64,000 nt of DNA from Malacoraja senta (GCA_038087875.1 CM075980.1:63488001-63552000), one strand, 5' to 3'; shown: positions 48,697-62,779, numbered from the stretch's first letter. Translations and numbers: made by a program. The notes: a model not told the origin generated them from the letters alone.

Positions 48697-50481
48697 AAGG
48701 TCTGTCTCACTGTGCGAGTTGACCCACGAGTGATCCCGAGTGAAAGACTCGTGGTTGCGTACGAGACTACAAGTTTATGATCCAGAGTTAACCGAGTTCC
48801 CACGGGTATGTCTAAGTTTCCCGTTTACTTCTCATTTCTGCGATGTTCCAAGTTCGTCTCCCGAGTGCACCAAGTTCCTCTCCCGTTAATCTTGAGGCAA
48901 CAATGTATATCGAAGTGTTGAAAAATCATCACATGTTAAAAAAATGATGTCATGCCAGCCAAAGAACGTAGAGACTATTGTGTTTGCTGCATGTGTTCTG
49001 CACAACCTGATCCGTATCAGAGGTGCAGCTTCAGGATCAGCAACAGCCATGCAGGACGGTGACTTAGTGGACAGTCAAACAGGGAGAATAACACTAGGTG
49101 CGTGGAGGAGTGGTACAAATGACGAGACTTTGGTGCCACTGCAGTGTTTTCGAGGTAACACGGGGACCAACAGTGCAAAAGAGCAGAGAGACCATCTCTG
49201 CTCCTACTATAATTCAGAATTGGGCAGTGTGCCGTGGCAGGACAGCTTATTTTGAGCGGCTGCCGACCACAGGTACATCACTGTATGAGGAGAGCCCACA
49301 TGCAGAAAAATCCAGTTAATTTCATGTTTAGTTTAAATCCTGCTGACTTTTCATTGTTTAACTTTAAGTGTGGATTTTATTTTTTATTGTGGTGTAAAAG
49401 TAATTTCATTGCATCTGTCTTTCCTTTAAAACGTGGTTATCATGCATCTGCTTATCTGATTGTAGATCTCAAAACTTGTCATTTAGCGAATTGCATTGTA
49501 TCTTTTATTGCCTGAATTTAGACTAGTGCATTTCTCAGCTGAATTAGTATATAGTGGAAATACTTTTATTTGTGCTTCATTTGTTGATTTTCATGTATGA
49601 GAAGCCCTTTTTCAGTGTTGTTTGCTGTGGTGCTACTTTTCTCAATATGCGCAAAAAAGCGTTTTTTATATTGAACAAGAATAAAGACTTTGTTTCACAT
49701 TCAAGACATTTGTTTCACATAAGACTTTGTCTTATTTTCTGATCTACTGAGAGGTGACAATTTTAAACATTTAAAAAGCACAGCATATGAGGCAGCTGAG
49801 TCCTTAAATCTCACAAATGATTGTGAGAATCAAGATGTGAATATATTTTGCCTTCCTCTATTTTGTGTTTTATGATGAAAGGAATATTACATTCAAGTCA
49901 TGAGACTTTGTAGTGATATTAAAATGAAGACTTCCAGACATCAATTTGATCTTGATAGCAAAGAACTCTCTTTTATTGTGCAATGAAGTAAACAAACAGT
50001 GAGAATCAAACGGATCAGCAAAAAGCTTTTCAACACAACACAACACAACACAAATTTATATATAAACTTCAAGCAATTTTTTCTTTTCAACCCACTCTGT
50101 CACCTTATCAATAACTTGCTTAACTTTGTTAAGCAGAATTTGTCTTTAAAAAGTCTAAGTAACTGATATTTCTGTCCCTGATTATTGTTTCTAAAAAGAG
50201 TTCCCATGGTAGAATCACGAGTCACAAAGTTAAACGCACGGGCCACTACGTTCTTACAACGAGTTTAAATGTTTCAATTTTTAACCACAAGAGTACATTT
50301 TACTCGTGGAAAAGTTCTAACATGTTTGAACTTTTGCAAGAGTTAACAAGTTTCACGTGTACCTCCCGTTAGCGCCAAGAGTCGCTAAGTTGCGTGCACG
50401 AGTCCGACGTTCCCGCTACGTTAATTGTACGTGATTACCACGAGTTAAATTTGTTTTAAACTCGGGGTCACTCGTGGGTCT
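48697..50481 (+). mobile_element. PIF/Harbinger deletion derivative with a transposase C-terminal remnant
   Basis: Left end aaggtctgtctcactgtgcgagttgacccacgagtgatcccgagt is complementary to right actcggggtcactcgtgggtc. ORF 48944-49255 reads IVFAACVLHNLIR...R.HLCSYY...GSVPWQ. Confidence 0.85.
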
Positions 50482-53128
50482 ATTTGGAGGTTTACCTAGC
50501 ACTCCCAGCAGTGTAACTATTCTTTTTTTTCATACTCTACTTCAACCCATATTGTCTCAAGTGATGACCCTTTTGACATTATCCCTTCTCATAAAGGCAA
50601 CTATTCTTTAACCAATTTGTGCTTATTCACCTTCTCTTTAAACCATAATTCAGTAGTAGCTATCATATTATATTTAATTTATATATTATACCCTCAACTA
50701 TCCACCTTATGCACTGCACTCTGTGTATTTGGGTATATAACCATTCAGCAGAGTTGAGCATTGTCAATTTATAATGTTCATTATAACTACTTCAAATAGT
50801 ACAGATTACACTGGGGTACGTCACTCCCAAAATTGTCCAGTCATCTATTTTTGATTGTTTTTTTCAGAATCTATATGGTGCTGCAAGATAAGGACTTATG
50901 GCCCATGTTGAGAAGATGGTGCTGAACCATCTTGAATCACTGCAGTCTTTCCAGTTAAGTTACTCTCATAGTTTTGTCACTGAGGGAATTCCAAGATTTA
51001 GACTCTTCGAAAATGAAGGACCAGCACTATATTTCAAACTCAGGCTAATGTACCTGGAGAAGAACCCGTAGGCAGTGGCATAAAGATGGTGTTGGCGAGT
51101 AGGTGTAGCATTACAGGTACTATGCACTGATGGTGATGGAAGGATTAAATGTTCAGTGTAATGTTTGGCAAAAACAGTCAACCAGTGGGTATTTCAACCA
51201 CCTCATTTACAATACGATATGGTATGATAGAACTTTATTTATCCCAGGAGGGAAATTGATCTGCCAACAGTCATGAAAACAAAAAATACATGAAACATGA
51301 AATTGAAGTGACGAGTGGAAAGGATTGGGGATGTGCAAAGGTTGGGGAGGAGGGGGAGATGAGTCAGTCTCAGTCTATCCCATGACAGAAGGGGGAGGAG
51401 TCGCACAGTTTGATAGCCACTGGAGTTGCATATCTGCTGGAGAGATGCATGGCTTCTGGTCAACATTATGTTTATGGACATCTAACGTTTCCAGAGAAAA
51501 AAAATAGAAATTAATTACTTTCAGCTGCCTGGTCCATCTATGTTTCTCATGAATTGTCTTTTATTTCCTGAAATTCCTTCCTAAAGTGGCAGGCACTCAA
51601 ATGGTAGCAGATCTGCTCCACAGCTCCACTGTGGGCCGATTGCAGATTGGGGAACATGTTTCGGATCTGGAACATTTTGGGTTCCAAACCTAGATGGTTT
51701 CCTACCTTGAGCACTTGATTCTGATGCTCTGGGGTGCACTTGTGCACTGGAGAATGAATACATAGGAGCAAATGGAAAGAAATTGGGTAGCTGGAGTTTT
51801 GGTTCAGAATATCTATTCTTAGCTGCTGAGATGAGTTAGTCTCTGCACTTGAATGAAGGTACACCTGAGGTTGTGAAAGTTTGTGAGTGTTTGGAAGACA
51901 GGTGTGGAAGCAGTAGCATGGGATGGTTTTGTTTGTTGTATGAAAATTCAATTGTGCCATTAACACTTTGGGATGTAAATATACACATGGATCCACATTA
52001 TGACAGGCAGACAAGTTATACTGATTACGCATCATGCCATCAGCCTGAGACAATACATTTCTCGAGTGTCTTGCACATGTTTGAATTCCAGCATTCAATA
52101 TCAGTTTGCTCTGAGGCAACCAGTGCCTGAAGCATTCAGGGAAACCTGATCTACATGCTATGTGACAGATTTTGAAGGAACAGCCAAGGGCCAATTTTGT
52201 AAAGATAAGTTGCTTAAAAGTACTTGGCTGAATGTGAAACTTATCAGGGGTGGATGTTGGTGCAGGACAAAAGAGGAGATTCAATTCAAAAACAATTTCT
52301 CATTGTGTGAAGCTATTTGTAGTTTTGCTTCACAAGTCAGCTACAATGCAGAGATGAAAGCGAAATATAAAAATTCAGTTGAAGACATTGTAGATGACAT
52401 GTGGAGCATTGGTTTCAAGGGCAGCTGTGGATCACAACGTGTGGACGGAGTACAGGATGTGGAAGTGGAGTGTGGGGGTTTCAAACTCCTGACTGGCGAC
52501 TTCCAAAGTAAAACAGGAACATTACTTGTCGTTTACTTCATCCTGATAATTTGGATAATGTTATTGCTTTGTATTGAACAAGATTTTAAATATATATTTT
52601 CTCCTGCTAGGTACGTGACACAAAATCCCTACATCAGTCGCACTGTAGTTAAGTGAATGACAGTTAATTCTGAAATCATGATGTTTGCCTGAGTAGACAT
52701 TGTAAGGAATCAATTTATTTGAGGTTAAATGGTTGTGAATGATGCCGTATTGCATTCAGAGTTGTAATATTTCTTGCATTCCATATGGAATAGATTCATA
52801 TTACCCTTGCAAACCTTTCATCTCAATCTAGAAATGACTCCGAAGTTCATACGGAAACATTTTCATCCCAGATCTCTTGCTGATAGGCTTGATGGATGTG
52901 TTATCCCTAAACTGTAAATAGTAATGTCAAATTTATTGTCGTATGCACAGTAATTTATATATAAATTACACATAAATTTTCCAAGACTGAAAAAAAGGAT
53001 TGTGAAACAAACAAGATATTAGTGCAATATGTAGTTCCAAAACCAGCTCATGGTAATGCAAGAGGTTATCTGTGCTGTTGCTGAGGTATTATTAAGTTTG
53101 GCTTAAGAACCTGATAGTTGTAGGAATG

Positions 53129-54540
53129 TACACAAAAATGCTGGAGAAACTCAGCGGGAGCAGCAGCATCTATGGAGCGAAGGAAATAGGCAACGTTTCG
53201 GGCCGAAACCCTTCTTCAGACTGATAGGGGGTGGGGAGAAGAAAGGAAAAAAGGCGGAGGAGGAGCCCGAGGGCTGGGGGATGGGAGGAGACAACCAGAG
53301 GGCTGATGAAGGGGAGGGGACAGCAAGGGCTAGCAGAGTTGGGAGAATTCAATGTTCATGCCCCCAGGGTGTAGACTGCCCAAGCGGAATATGAGGTGCA
53401 TTTCCTCCAATTTCCGGTGTTGCTCGCTGTGGCCATGAAGGAGACCCAGGACAGAGAGGTCAGATACGGAATGGGAGGGGGAGTTGAAGTGTTGAGCCAC
53501 CGGGAGGTCAGGTAGGTTATTGCGGACCGACCGGAGGTGTTCGGCGAAACGATCGCCAAGCCTCCGCTTGGTCTCACCGATGTAGATCAGCTGACATCTA
53601 GAGCAGCGGATGCAATAGATGAGGTTGGAGGAGATGCACGTGAACCTCTGTCGCACCTGGAACGACTGCTTGGGTCCTTGAATGGAATCGAGGGGGGAGG
53701 TGAAGGGACAAGTGTTGTATCTCTTGCGGTTGCAAGGGAAAGTACCCGGGGAAGGGATGGTACGGGAGGGAAGGGAAGAATTGACAAGGGAGTTACGGAG
53801 GGAGCGGTCTTTGCGGAAGGCAGACATGGGGGGAGATGGGAAGATGTGGCGAGTGGTGGGGTCACGTTGGAGGTGGCGAAACTGACGGAGGATCACTTGT
53901 TGTATGTGACGGCTGGTGGGATGAAAGGTGAGGACTAGGGGGACTCTGCCCTTGTTGTGAGTGGGGGGATGGGGAGAGAGAGCAGTGTTGCGGGGTATGG
54001 CAGAGACCCTGGTGCGAGCCTCATCTATGGTGGAGGGGAACCCCCGTTCCCTGAAGAATGAGGACATTTCGGATGCCCTGGTGTGGAACGCCTCATCCTG
54101 GGAGCAGATGCGGCGTAGACGGAGGAATTGAGAATGGGGGATGGAGTCCTTACAGGAAGCAGGGTGGGAAGAAGTGTAGTCCAGATAGCCATGGGAGTCA
54201 GTAGGTTTGTAGTGGATGTCGGTATGAAGTCTATCACCTGCGATGGAGATAGTGAGGTCAAGGAATGGTAGGGAAGTGTCGGAAATGGTCCAGGTGTATT
54301 TGAGTGCCGGATGGAAGTTGGTGGTGAAGCGAATGAAGTCAGTCAGTTGTGTGTGGGTGCAGGAGGTGGCACCAAAACAGTCATCGATGTAGTGGAGGTA
54401 GAGGTCGGGGATGGGGCCCTGGTACGTATTGAACAAGGATTGTTCTACGTACCCGACAAAGAGGCAGGCGTAGCTGGGGCCCATGCGTGTGCCCATAGCT
54501 ACGCCTTGTATTTGGAGGAAATGGGAGGAGTCAAATGAGA
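53129..54540 (-). mobile_element. Penelope-like element, 5'-truncated; RT C-terminus plus GIY-YIG endonuclease in one open frame (53330-54496)
   Basis: AMGTRMGPSYACLF...YIDD...LPFLD...YKPTD...NLIYCIRCSRCQLIYIGETKRRL..RF.EH. The terminal repeat carries ctgaagaagggtttcggcccgaaac. Confidence 0.97.
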
Positions 54541-54999
54541 AGTTATAGAGGGTAGCTGTTCCTGAAACGAGTAATATGGAGCTTCAGGCTTCTGATGATA
54601 GAAGCTGCCTTCTTGAGGCACCACCACTTATAGATGATTTTGATGGTGGGAAGAGAAGTTATCATGCCAGATATAGAATTACTAAAGGATATCAAATTAT
54701 GTTGATAGGATCTGCCCCAGCCGTCTGAAAATTCTCCTTCCATGGCTATCCTAAAGGTTTGGGGGTTTTCAGGATCTTTCAAATTCATTCCATTGCCGGC
54801 CATCACAATCCATATTAATGATTTGACTGAGGGAACCAAATGCTATACTTCCAAATTTGTTGATGGTATAGAAATAGATGGGATTGTGAGCCTAGAATAA
54901 GGGGTAAATCAATTAAGATGAATGTAAAGAGAAACTTATTTCACTTGGAGGGTTGCGATTCTGGTAGCATTTGTACCCTGAATGCTGTGAAGGCTCAGC

Positions 55000-55545
55000 C
55001 ATAGAGTCATACCGCAATGAAAGAGGCCTTTTGGACAAACGCGTCCATGCTGACCAAGATGCCCATCAACGCCAGTCCCTATTTGCCTTTATTTGACCCA
55101 TATCCCTCTAAACATTTCAGATGTTCTATTAAACATCAATGTACCTGTCCAAATTTTAAATGTTGCTTTTGTACCTGCCTCAACTCCTTCCTCTGGCAGC
55201 TCATTCCATATACCCACCACCTCTGTGTGAAAATGTTGCCTCTCAGGTTCCCATTCAATCTTTCCCCTTTCACCTTAAACCCATGCCCTTTACTTGATTT
55301 CCCTATCTTGGTAAAATACTCTGTGCATTCACCCTATCTATTTCCTTTTATACACCACTCACTGCATTCCAAGGAATAAACCCTAGCCTACCCAAACTCG
55401 CCCTATTGTTCAGGCCCATGATTCCTGGCAAAGTCATTGTAAATCTTCTGGTACCAATTGGCACCTTCCTATAGCAGGGTGCCTAGAATTGAACACAATA
55501 CTCCAAGTGCGGCTCACCAAGAATTGTACAACTGAAATATAATAT
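55000..55545 (-). mobile_element. CR1 3' fragment
   Basis: Antisense FTQR...WN and LEYCVQF remnants with a HER1-type tail. Confidence 0.75.
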
Positions 55546-55593
55546 CCCACAAGTGTGAAGAAGAATCCCAACTCAAAACATTACCTATCCATG

Positions 55594-57782
55594 TGTCGAG
55601 GAAATTGCCAGAGGAAAATTAAAGGAAAAACGGAGCTTTGAGGTTTGCTTCAAGAAGCTTTATTGCATGATATCATGGAGAGATGGTGGCAGTTAACTGC
55701 TCACCAGTTCTCTGACTTTGCAGCAGAATTAGCCGATAGTTATACAGTGCAGTAAACAACTTTTTTTTGTTAGATACAATTATACAAAAACATACTTCAT
55801 CCTTGGCTATATGTATTCCTGTTATTACTATCTGCTACATGGGTATTAATTATTTCATTAGTTATAATATACTTTTTGTTTATGTTAATCTTATTCAACA
55901 GCAGATGGTTAATACAACTCAAATATATTACAAGGGCATCTATCTCATCTTTCAAGCAGACTGCGCCACTGCCCCCTCTCTCTCTACAAAATTTTACGGT
56001 AATTAAACTATTGTTTTCTTCTCCTCGAGGGTTCCGTCTGAGTGATGCAGTTTACATCTGGTGGCGTGTATCCAATCGGGTTTCTCTTTTACTTTTACTG
56101 CTGTTCGTGTTGTTAGCAGCACCAAATATAGTCCTTTCCACCAAGGAGAGAAAGAATATTTGTTCATTGCTCACACATAAACTGATCTCCTGGTTTAAAC
56201 AGGTGCATATTTCCTTTTGTTGGAGGGACCTGTGCCTGCTTTACTTTTTCATAGATTTTGCCGACTCTAGGCACCATCCCACCTAGTTGGATGTGCTTCC
56301 ACACATCTGGAGAACATATCTACTATGACCAGAATGTACTTTAAACCCTTTGCTGCGGGCATATGTACGAAATCAATTTGCAAATTCTCAAAAGGCATTT
56401 CAGGTTGTGTAGGTGATCAAATATTGCAGGCTCTTCCTCTATTTTGTTGACACACCAGACATGTTTGGCTAATTTATCATTTTGACAGTTATACCAGGTG
56501 CATACCTTGTTAGGATAATGTGTGTGCCATCCCCCCTTTTATCATGCGAGTCTGTCCATGGGCTACATTAATGTTAACCGGGAGCTTTCTTTGTGCCACA
56601 GGCTCAATTTTAGCTGCTTGTAATGGCGGGGTTTGCCGGAGGGCACCTGTTTGGCCGCTTAATCAGCTGATCTGTTTCCATTAGATCGCGTTTAATAAAG
56701 GTGATTTTCTGTGGCAATTGACAGCATCCAGTAAATTTAAGACAGTTTATCATGTCTAATAGCCTTTCCCGTTGATGTGATGAATCCTCTATTTTTCCAT
56801 AACTACCCAAAGTCATGTACAATCCCAAACGCATAGCGAGAATCGGTGTAGAATTTAACTTTTGCAATCATACCGCTCAGCCTGCCTGAGCAGATTTTCC
56901 GGATGGTAAAGCATATGCCTCCAGCACTTGGTGTGGTGTGACTACCTCATATCCTGCTAACAATCTGTCATTGCTAGGTCGGCGTGAAGAGCCATCAGTA
57001 AATAGGGCCAGGTCAGGATTATCAATCGGATGACTCTGTAAGTCCAGCCGGGGGAGTGGCAGTGGCTTCTATAAATAATAAACAGTCATGATCAGATCCT
57101 TCTCCTGGCAATGGTACAAAAGTAGCTGGGTTTACAGCAGGCGATCGCTGGTAGGAATAGTTAGGATGTGATAAAAAGGATGACTTCATATCCTGTTCTT
57201 CTAGCGGCTGTGAAATGCTGTGTGGCTGCAGAGTTCAATAATAACATCACAGCATGAGGAACAGTCACTACACACGGGTGATCAAGAACGATGGGGATTG
57301 ATTTTTCTATCATCGTAGCCGTTGCCGCTACAGCTCATCAATAATACAAGTCAAACATAATACAAGGGTAACTTGACATTATTCTATCTCATCTTTCAAG
57401 CAAACTGCGCCACTGCCCCCTCTCCGAGCCAATCATAAGTCCCCATTTACTGCACGTTTCCGCGCTACTAGAGGCAGGTGGTCTACTCAGCTATTGCTGT
57501 TGGTTTTTTGATCACAGTTACATGGTTGACTATTGTGATCCAGCATTCTGTAACATTCCAATGAGAAACAGGCTTCCTTATCTATGTCCTAATTTGTTGT
57601 GCTTTATTCACCATGCTACGCATTTCCAAACAAGAGATAATGCATCTGAAACTTGTTTTGCCAAATTCCCATGATCTTCTTCTGCACCTGGTCAACAAGA
57701 GATGCCAATTGCAACATCCGCACACCCTTGTTTAATTACGATCAAAATTAAGTAAATGAAGATTTTAATTTTTTCTTCTACA
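55594..57782 (-). mobile_element. Endogenous retrovirus remnant: an LTR with an embedded pol fragment, flanked by CCATG duplication
   Basis: TGT...ACA termini; ccatg at 55589-55593 and 57783-57787, splitting a Penelope terminal repeat. Minus-strand remnants: integrase PFENLQIDFVHMP...YILVIVDMFSR.VEA.PT (about 56280-56400), RNase H LFTDGSS (near 56990), and AATAAA near 55660. Confidence 0.88.
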
Positions 57783-57899
57783 CCATGTTTTCCAGAGATG
57801 CTGTCTGACCCGCTGAGTTACTCTAGCAATTTGTGTCTTTTTTTGGGGAACGGTATCAGCATTTCCTTGTTTCTACATCCAAACCTCTACACTCAGTTC

Positions 57900-59150
57900 C
57901 CTGACTGATATAGACCAATGTTCTCATAGCCTTCTCAGAGTCATAGAGTTATAGAGTCACGCAGCACAGAAACATGCCTCTCCCCAAAGCTTAGGCCCGC
58001 GGGTCCTGTCAACATCCTTGTAAATTTTCTCAGCATACTTTCCAGCTTAATGACATTATCACCATCTGTGATGTCACTTTACGGGAACTATTTACTTTTA
58101 CTTCTGCACCCCTTTGTTCTATAACACTCCCAAGGACCCTACCGTCCACAGTGAACATCTGCCCTTGTTTGACTTCCCAAAATGCAAATCCTCCCACTTA
58201 TCTGAATTAAACTCAATTTGCCATTCCTCAGGCCACTTGTCCTGCTGATCAAGATTCCACTGTCCTGATGACCAAGATTCTTAATAACCATCTTTACCGT
58301 CTACAATACTATCTATTTTAGTGTCATCTGCAAACATACTAATCGTGCCTTGTACATTCTCATCCAAATAGATGATACAGATGACAAACAACAATGGGCC
58401 CATCACCAATCCTGAGATTTACCACTAGTCACAGACCTCCAGTACAACCATACTTCTCCCACCGCCCTCTGCTTCCCACTATGAAGCCAAATCTGAAGCC
58501 AGTTAGCTAGCTGATCCTGGATTCCTTGTGATCTAACCTTCCAGAGCAACCTACAGTACCATGCAGAACCTTATTAAATGCCTTGCTGATGTCCATACAA
58601 CTATGTTTACGGCCCTGCCCTCTTCAACCTTTTAAGTTACTTCTTAAAAAAACAATAAAATTTGTCAGATATGATTTCTCACATACAAAACCAGGTTGAT
58701 TAACCCTAACCCTCTATTCAAATAGAACGAGTTGAACAAATGCATGGATATCTTATCCCTCATAATCCTCTCCAGTAACTTTACTGGTCTAGTTCACATG
58801 TTTTTCTTTGCAGCCCATCTTAAATATAGGCACAACATTAGCCACCTTCCAGTCTTCCGGCTCCTCGCCCATGTCTAATGATGATTCAGATATTTCATTC
58901 AAGTCTCCTGCAATTTCTTCTCTAGCTTCCCACATTGTCCTTGGATTTATTTGATCAAGCCTTGGAGGTTTATCTATCTTCATATGTCTTAGGACACACA
59001 GCTCCTCCTTGACTGTAATCCGGACTGACCTCAAGAAATCTCTATTAACTTTCTCAAGTTTCCTAGTCTTCGTGTCTTTCTCTGTGGTAAAAACAGAGCA
59101 GAAATATTGATTGAGGACCTTGACTATCTCTTGCAGCTCCACACATTGAT
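57900..59150 (-). mobile_element. Decayed CR1 ORF2 fragment
   Basis: ORF 58789-59142 (LNQYFCSVFT...PEDWKVANVVPIFK) plus downstream RT remnants. Confidence 0.85.
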
Positions 59151-59169
59151 GACAACTTTGGTTTCAGAG

Positions 59170-60555
59170 GATCCCCCATTAGACACTGTTGCCTAAAATT
59201 AAAGCCCATGGAATTAATGATTCAAAGCATTGATTTTAGTGTTACACCTCCTGAAATTGGCTGAAACTTAGCAGAGGTGTAATGTTACAGGTGCTTAAAT
59301 TGGCAGGATTTCCTATAATGATCTGTTTTGCTGCATTTATTATCAACAGAGATAACGGGATATAAAGCCATATACCCAGCTTTGATGACATGCAGATAGT
59401 TGGCATTTTAACTACTGTGAATGGAAGCATTAATTACAAGAGACCAAAGTGTGACAAATGTGATATTATCCACTGCAAGTCTAAAAATGGATAGAGAAGA
59501 GAATTTATCTAAATAGTAATTTTGTCAGCCAATTCTGTGATCTCTGTTTTAATCATCCATCTATTTTTCAAATAATTTATCATTTTTACCATCTGTAAAA
59601 ATGGAGTGCCACAGGGATTGATGCTGGCTCCTCTATTGTTTCCCATTTACATTAATGATTTGGCTAAGAATGTACGTTGCATGATGAGCATGTTTTCAAG
59701 TTATAACAAAAATGGGGCTTTCGCTGACATTGAAAGAAGATTCTCAAAGGTTACAGCAGGGTTTTGATCAATTGTAAAAATGGATAAGGGAATGGCAGAG
59801 TAAAGTTACCTCAGACATGTATGAAGTGATGCATTTTGGGGAGATGAACCAGGGCAGGACATACGCAGTGAATGGCAGGGCTCTGGGGAGTGTTCTAGAA
59901 CATAGTGACCTAGAGGTACAAGTCTATAATTCTGTGAAAAATGGAACACAGATAGACAGAAGGCTTATTGCATGCTTGCCTCCATTGGCGGAGGCATTGA
60001 ATTCTCATGTTACCGTTGCACAAAACGTTAGTTAGGCTACACTTGTTGGACTGTATGGAGTTCTGGTCACCACATTACAGGAAGGATGTGATTAAGCTAG
60101 AGAGGGTGCAGAAAAGATTCACAAGGATGTCGGCAAAACTGCAGGACTTGCATTATCATGTGAAATTGGATAGGCTGGGACAGTTTTCCCTTCAACAAAG
60201 GAGACTGAAAGGTGACATGATAGTAGTATAAAAATGAGAGGCATAGTTAGCATAGATAACTTGTATCAGTTTTGCATGGTAGGGGTGTCTAAAACTGGCG
60301 GGCATGGGTCTAAGGTGAGAGGGAGGAGGCTTAAAGAGGATCTTAGGGGTAATTATTTTGCACAACGAGTAGTTGTATCTGGAATGAGCTGCCACAGTAG
60401 TACTGGAAGCAGGAACAGCAACAACATTTAACATTTAACAACATCTGGACAGGTACTTGTATGAGTAAGTCATAGAGGAATATGGAATTAATGCAGGCGT
60501 GGGATTAGTATAGATAGACATGATGGTCAGCATAGTAATGGTGGGCCGAAGGTTG
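59170..60555 (+). mobile_element. Decayed CR1 ORF2 fragments
   Basis: GVPQG..L.PLLF.IYIND near 59605; ORFs 59817-60431 (EVMHFG, FWSPHYRKDVIKLERVQKRFTRM). Confidence 0.85.
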
Positions 60556-61699
60556 TACAGCTTAGTAAAAGGTTTTATGACTCCAAGGTAGGAATTATCT
60601 TGCCATCTGTTTAATACTTATTTTCTCATTGTACTGTCCCACATCTCTGGCAACAGATACTACTCAGAGCTTTCAAACCAATCAAAATAAATTTAAACAA
60701 AGTGCAGGTTCAATGACCCGCATCGAAGACAATTAAACTGACGAGATAACTGTGTTTCAGTCTGCAGCTGCCCAGCACTTTTCAAGTTCTGACATGCTCT
60801 GTCAAGTAATTTTCATTTCCATCCAATTAAAAGTGTAATAAATGTCGCGCACAATGCACATACTTGATGTGGATAACACAACAGTTTCACAAAGCAACAC
60901 CTTCCTCCTGGAATCATCACACACAACTCGTAACTTGTACTATCCATTCAATAATAAGAACAACTTTTTATCAACTTTAAAGACACTTGAGTGAATTTAA
61001 ATGGTTGTGTTCCAAAATTTCAAAACAGAAGAACTTCCCCATGTAACATCTAGACCATAGCATTTGCCTCCACCTGGGCCGAATCCTTGAATTGAACCTA
61101 AATCTTTCCAGAAACTTGCAGCGGGCTACGGCTGTCCCTCTCCCAACTCTATCATGTGACGTAGATGTTGGCTAATTATTCATTTGGTCTGCACAGCGTA
61201 TATATTCTTTGGAGCATTTAATGCATTTTGAGCACATGCAAAACAGGTGATAGAAATTCTGCAACCCATTTTACTTTCCATCCGATTAATGTCAAATAAA
61301 TGACATTCAGGGAAAACTTGATGTGCATACCCAACCATTATCATCCATTAATATCAGCCCAGGGTGCACTCCTGACTCCAAATCAAAATAATTATATACA
61401 ACTATCAAAAAACATAAGTAGAGTAAATTAGAGATTCATTTTCAAGTGTGCCTATTGTTTGACCATCAGTTGTTCTGTTTTCTAATTCGAAATATTACAT
61501 CTTGTGCAGCTAGAGCCATGCATGTTGAGAAATGTTTAGAAAAACAGCAAGGTAAAAAAAAACAGGGACATTGCACAAAGTAACTCAAGTCACATTTGAT
61601 GTCAGCTTGAAATGTTTTGTTTATATTTATTCACTAAAGGGTTTACCCATTTTCAAAAGATATATGGGAGGAAAGCCTACTACACATACATTACTGTTC

Positions 61700-62350
61700 T
61701 TTAAATGTCAGGCATTGCCTGATACAATTCAAAGTATTGCATAGGTTATACCAAATTGAATAAGATTTTCCCAACTGTGTCCCCTCTCTGTGATAAATGT
61801 CACCTCCAAGAAGCTACCCTAACCCATTCTTTTGTATCCTGTATAAAAATACAAAATTTCTGGATGGGAATATTCAATACCATTTCTAAAACACTCAAAA
61901 TTCAATTGGAGTCAGATTCAAAATGAATAATATTAGGAATGTCAGAGGGCTGCTCGAAGTTAACGATATTCCAAAGACGTTTCCTTGACTATGGTTTAAT
62001 AACTGCGAAAAAACGTATACTTAAATTCTAGAAAAAGATAACAGTTCCCACAGCGAAGATGTGGATCGCAGAAATGACCGATGCTAGGGTCGGGTGAGCG
62101 GGTGTAGGGAAGGATAGTGGGACGTATCTCTGCTTTTTCTTTTTCTCACTTCTCTGTTAGTTCAGGGGGGTTTTCTTCTTTCTTTTTTGTATCTTTCTTC
62201 TTCCTTTTTATTCTTTCCTTTTTACTTTTTCCCAATTCACTTATCAGTTTATAAAATGTTAAAACTGCAGCTGTACGAAAATTGTATAATTGTTATGTCG
62301 ATTACTTTCTCCTTGTACAATTGCTTCTAATAAAATAAACATTTAAAAAA
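61700..62350 (+). mobile_element. L1-clade LINE 3' end
   Basis: VRHCLIQFKVLHRLY...SPLCDKCHLQEATLTHSFVSC.KIQNFW CCHC-type knuckle, T-rich 3' UTR, AATAAA and A tail near 62330-62350. Confidence 0.85.
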
Positions 62351-62779
62351 TATATATATATTTATTCACTAAATGCAGGTGGGGTCATTAAGGCTCTCAT
62401 TTATTACTCGTGTGTAACTGCACATCATTGAGAAAACATTGGTGAAACCCCTTCTTTAAGAGCTACCCTCTTTGTGGAAAAGGTGCTTTGTATTGCTCTG
62501 AGGTAAGAAGCCATAGAATTTCTGTCCATTGTCTGTCTGTCCATTTCTCTCCACAGATGCTGCCTGACCAACTGAGTTCCTCCATCAGTCTATTTTTGTT
62601 TGCTTAAAATTAATGTTCTCTGTCTTGTTTCCTGCATTTAATATAGAAGAGCATATCAGTGTAGTAAACATAGTAAAGAAGTGGCTGGAAATTGGTCTTA
62701 ATTTTTTCTTAATTAAAAAGAGAGTTTGGCGAGTCGAGACAGTCAGGTACAACAAAGTCCTTTATTTTATTTTTTTAAT

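Noticed and set aside
52835-52846. tgactccgaagt match to the DIRS terminus
   Set aside because: Only 12 nt with no other DIRS sequence nearby; probably chance.
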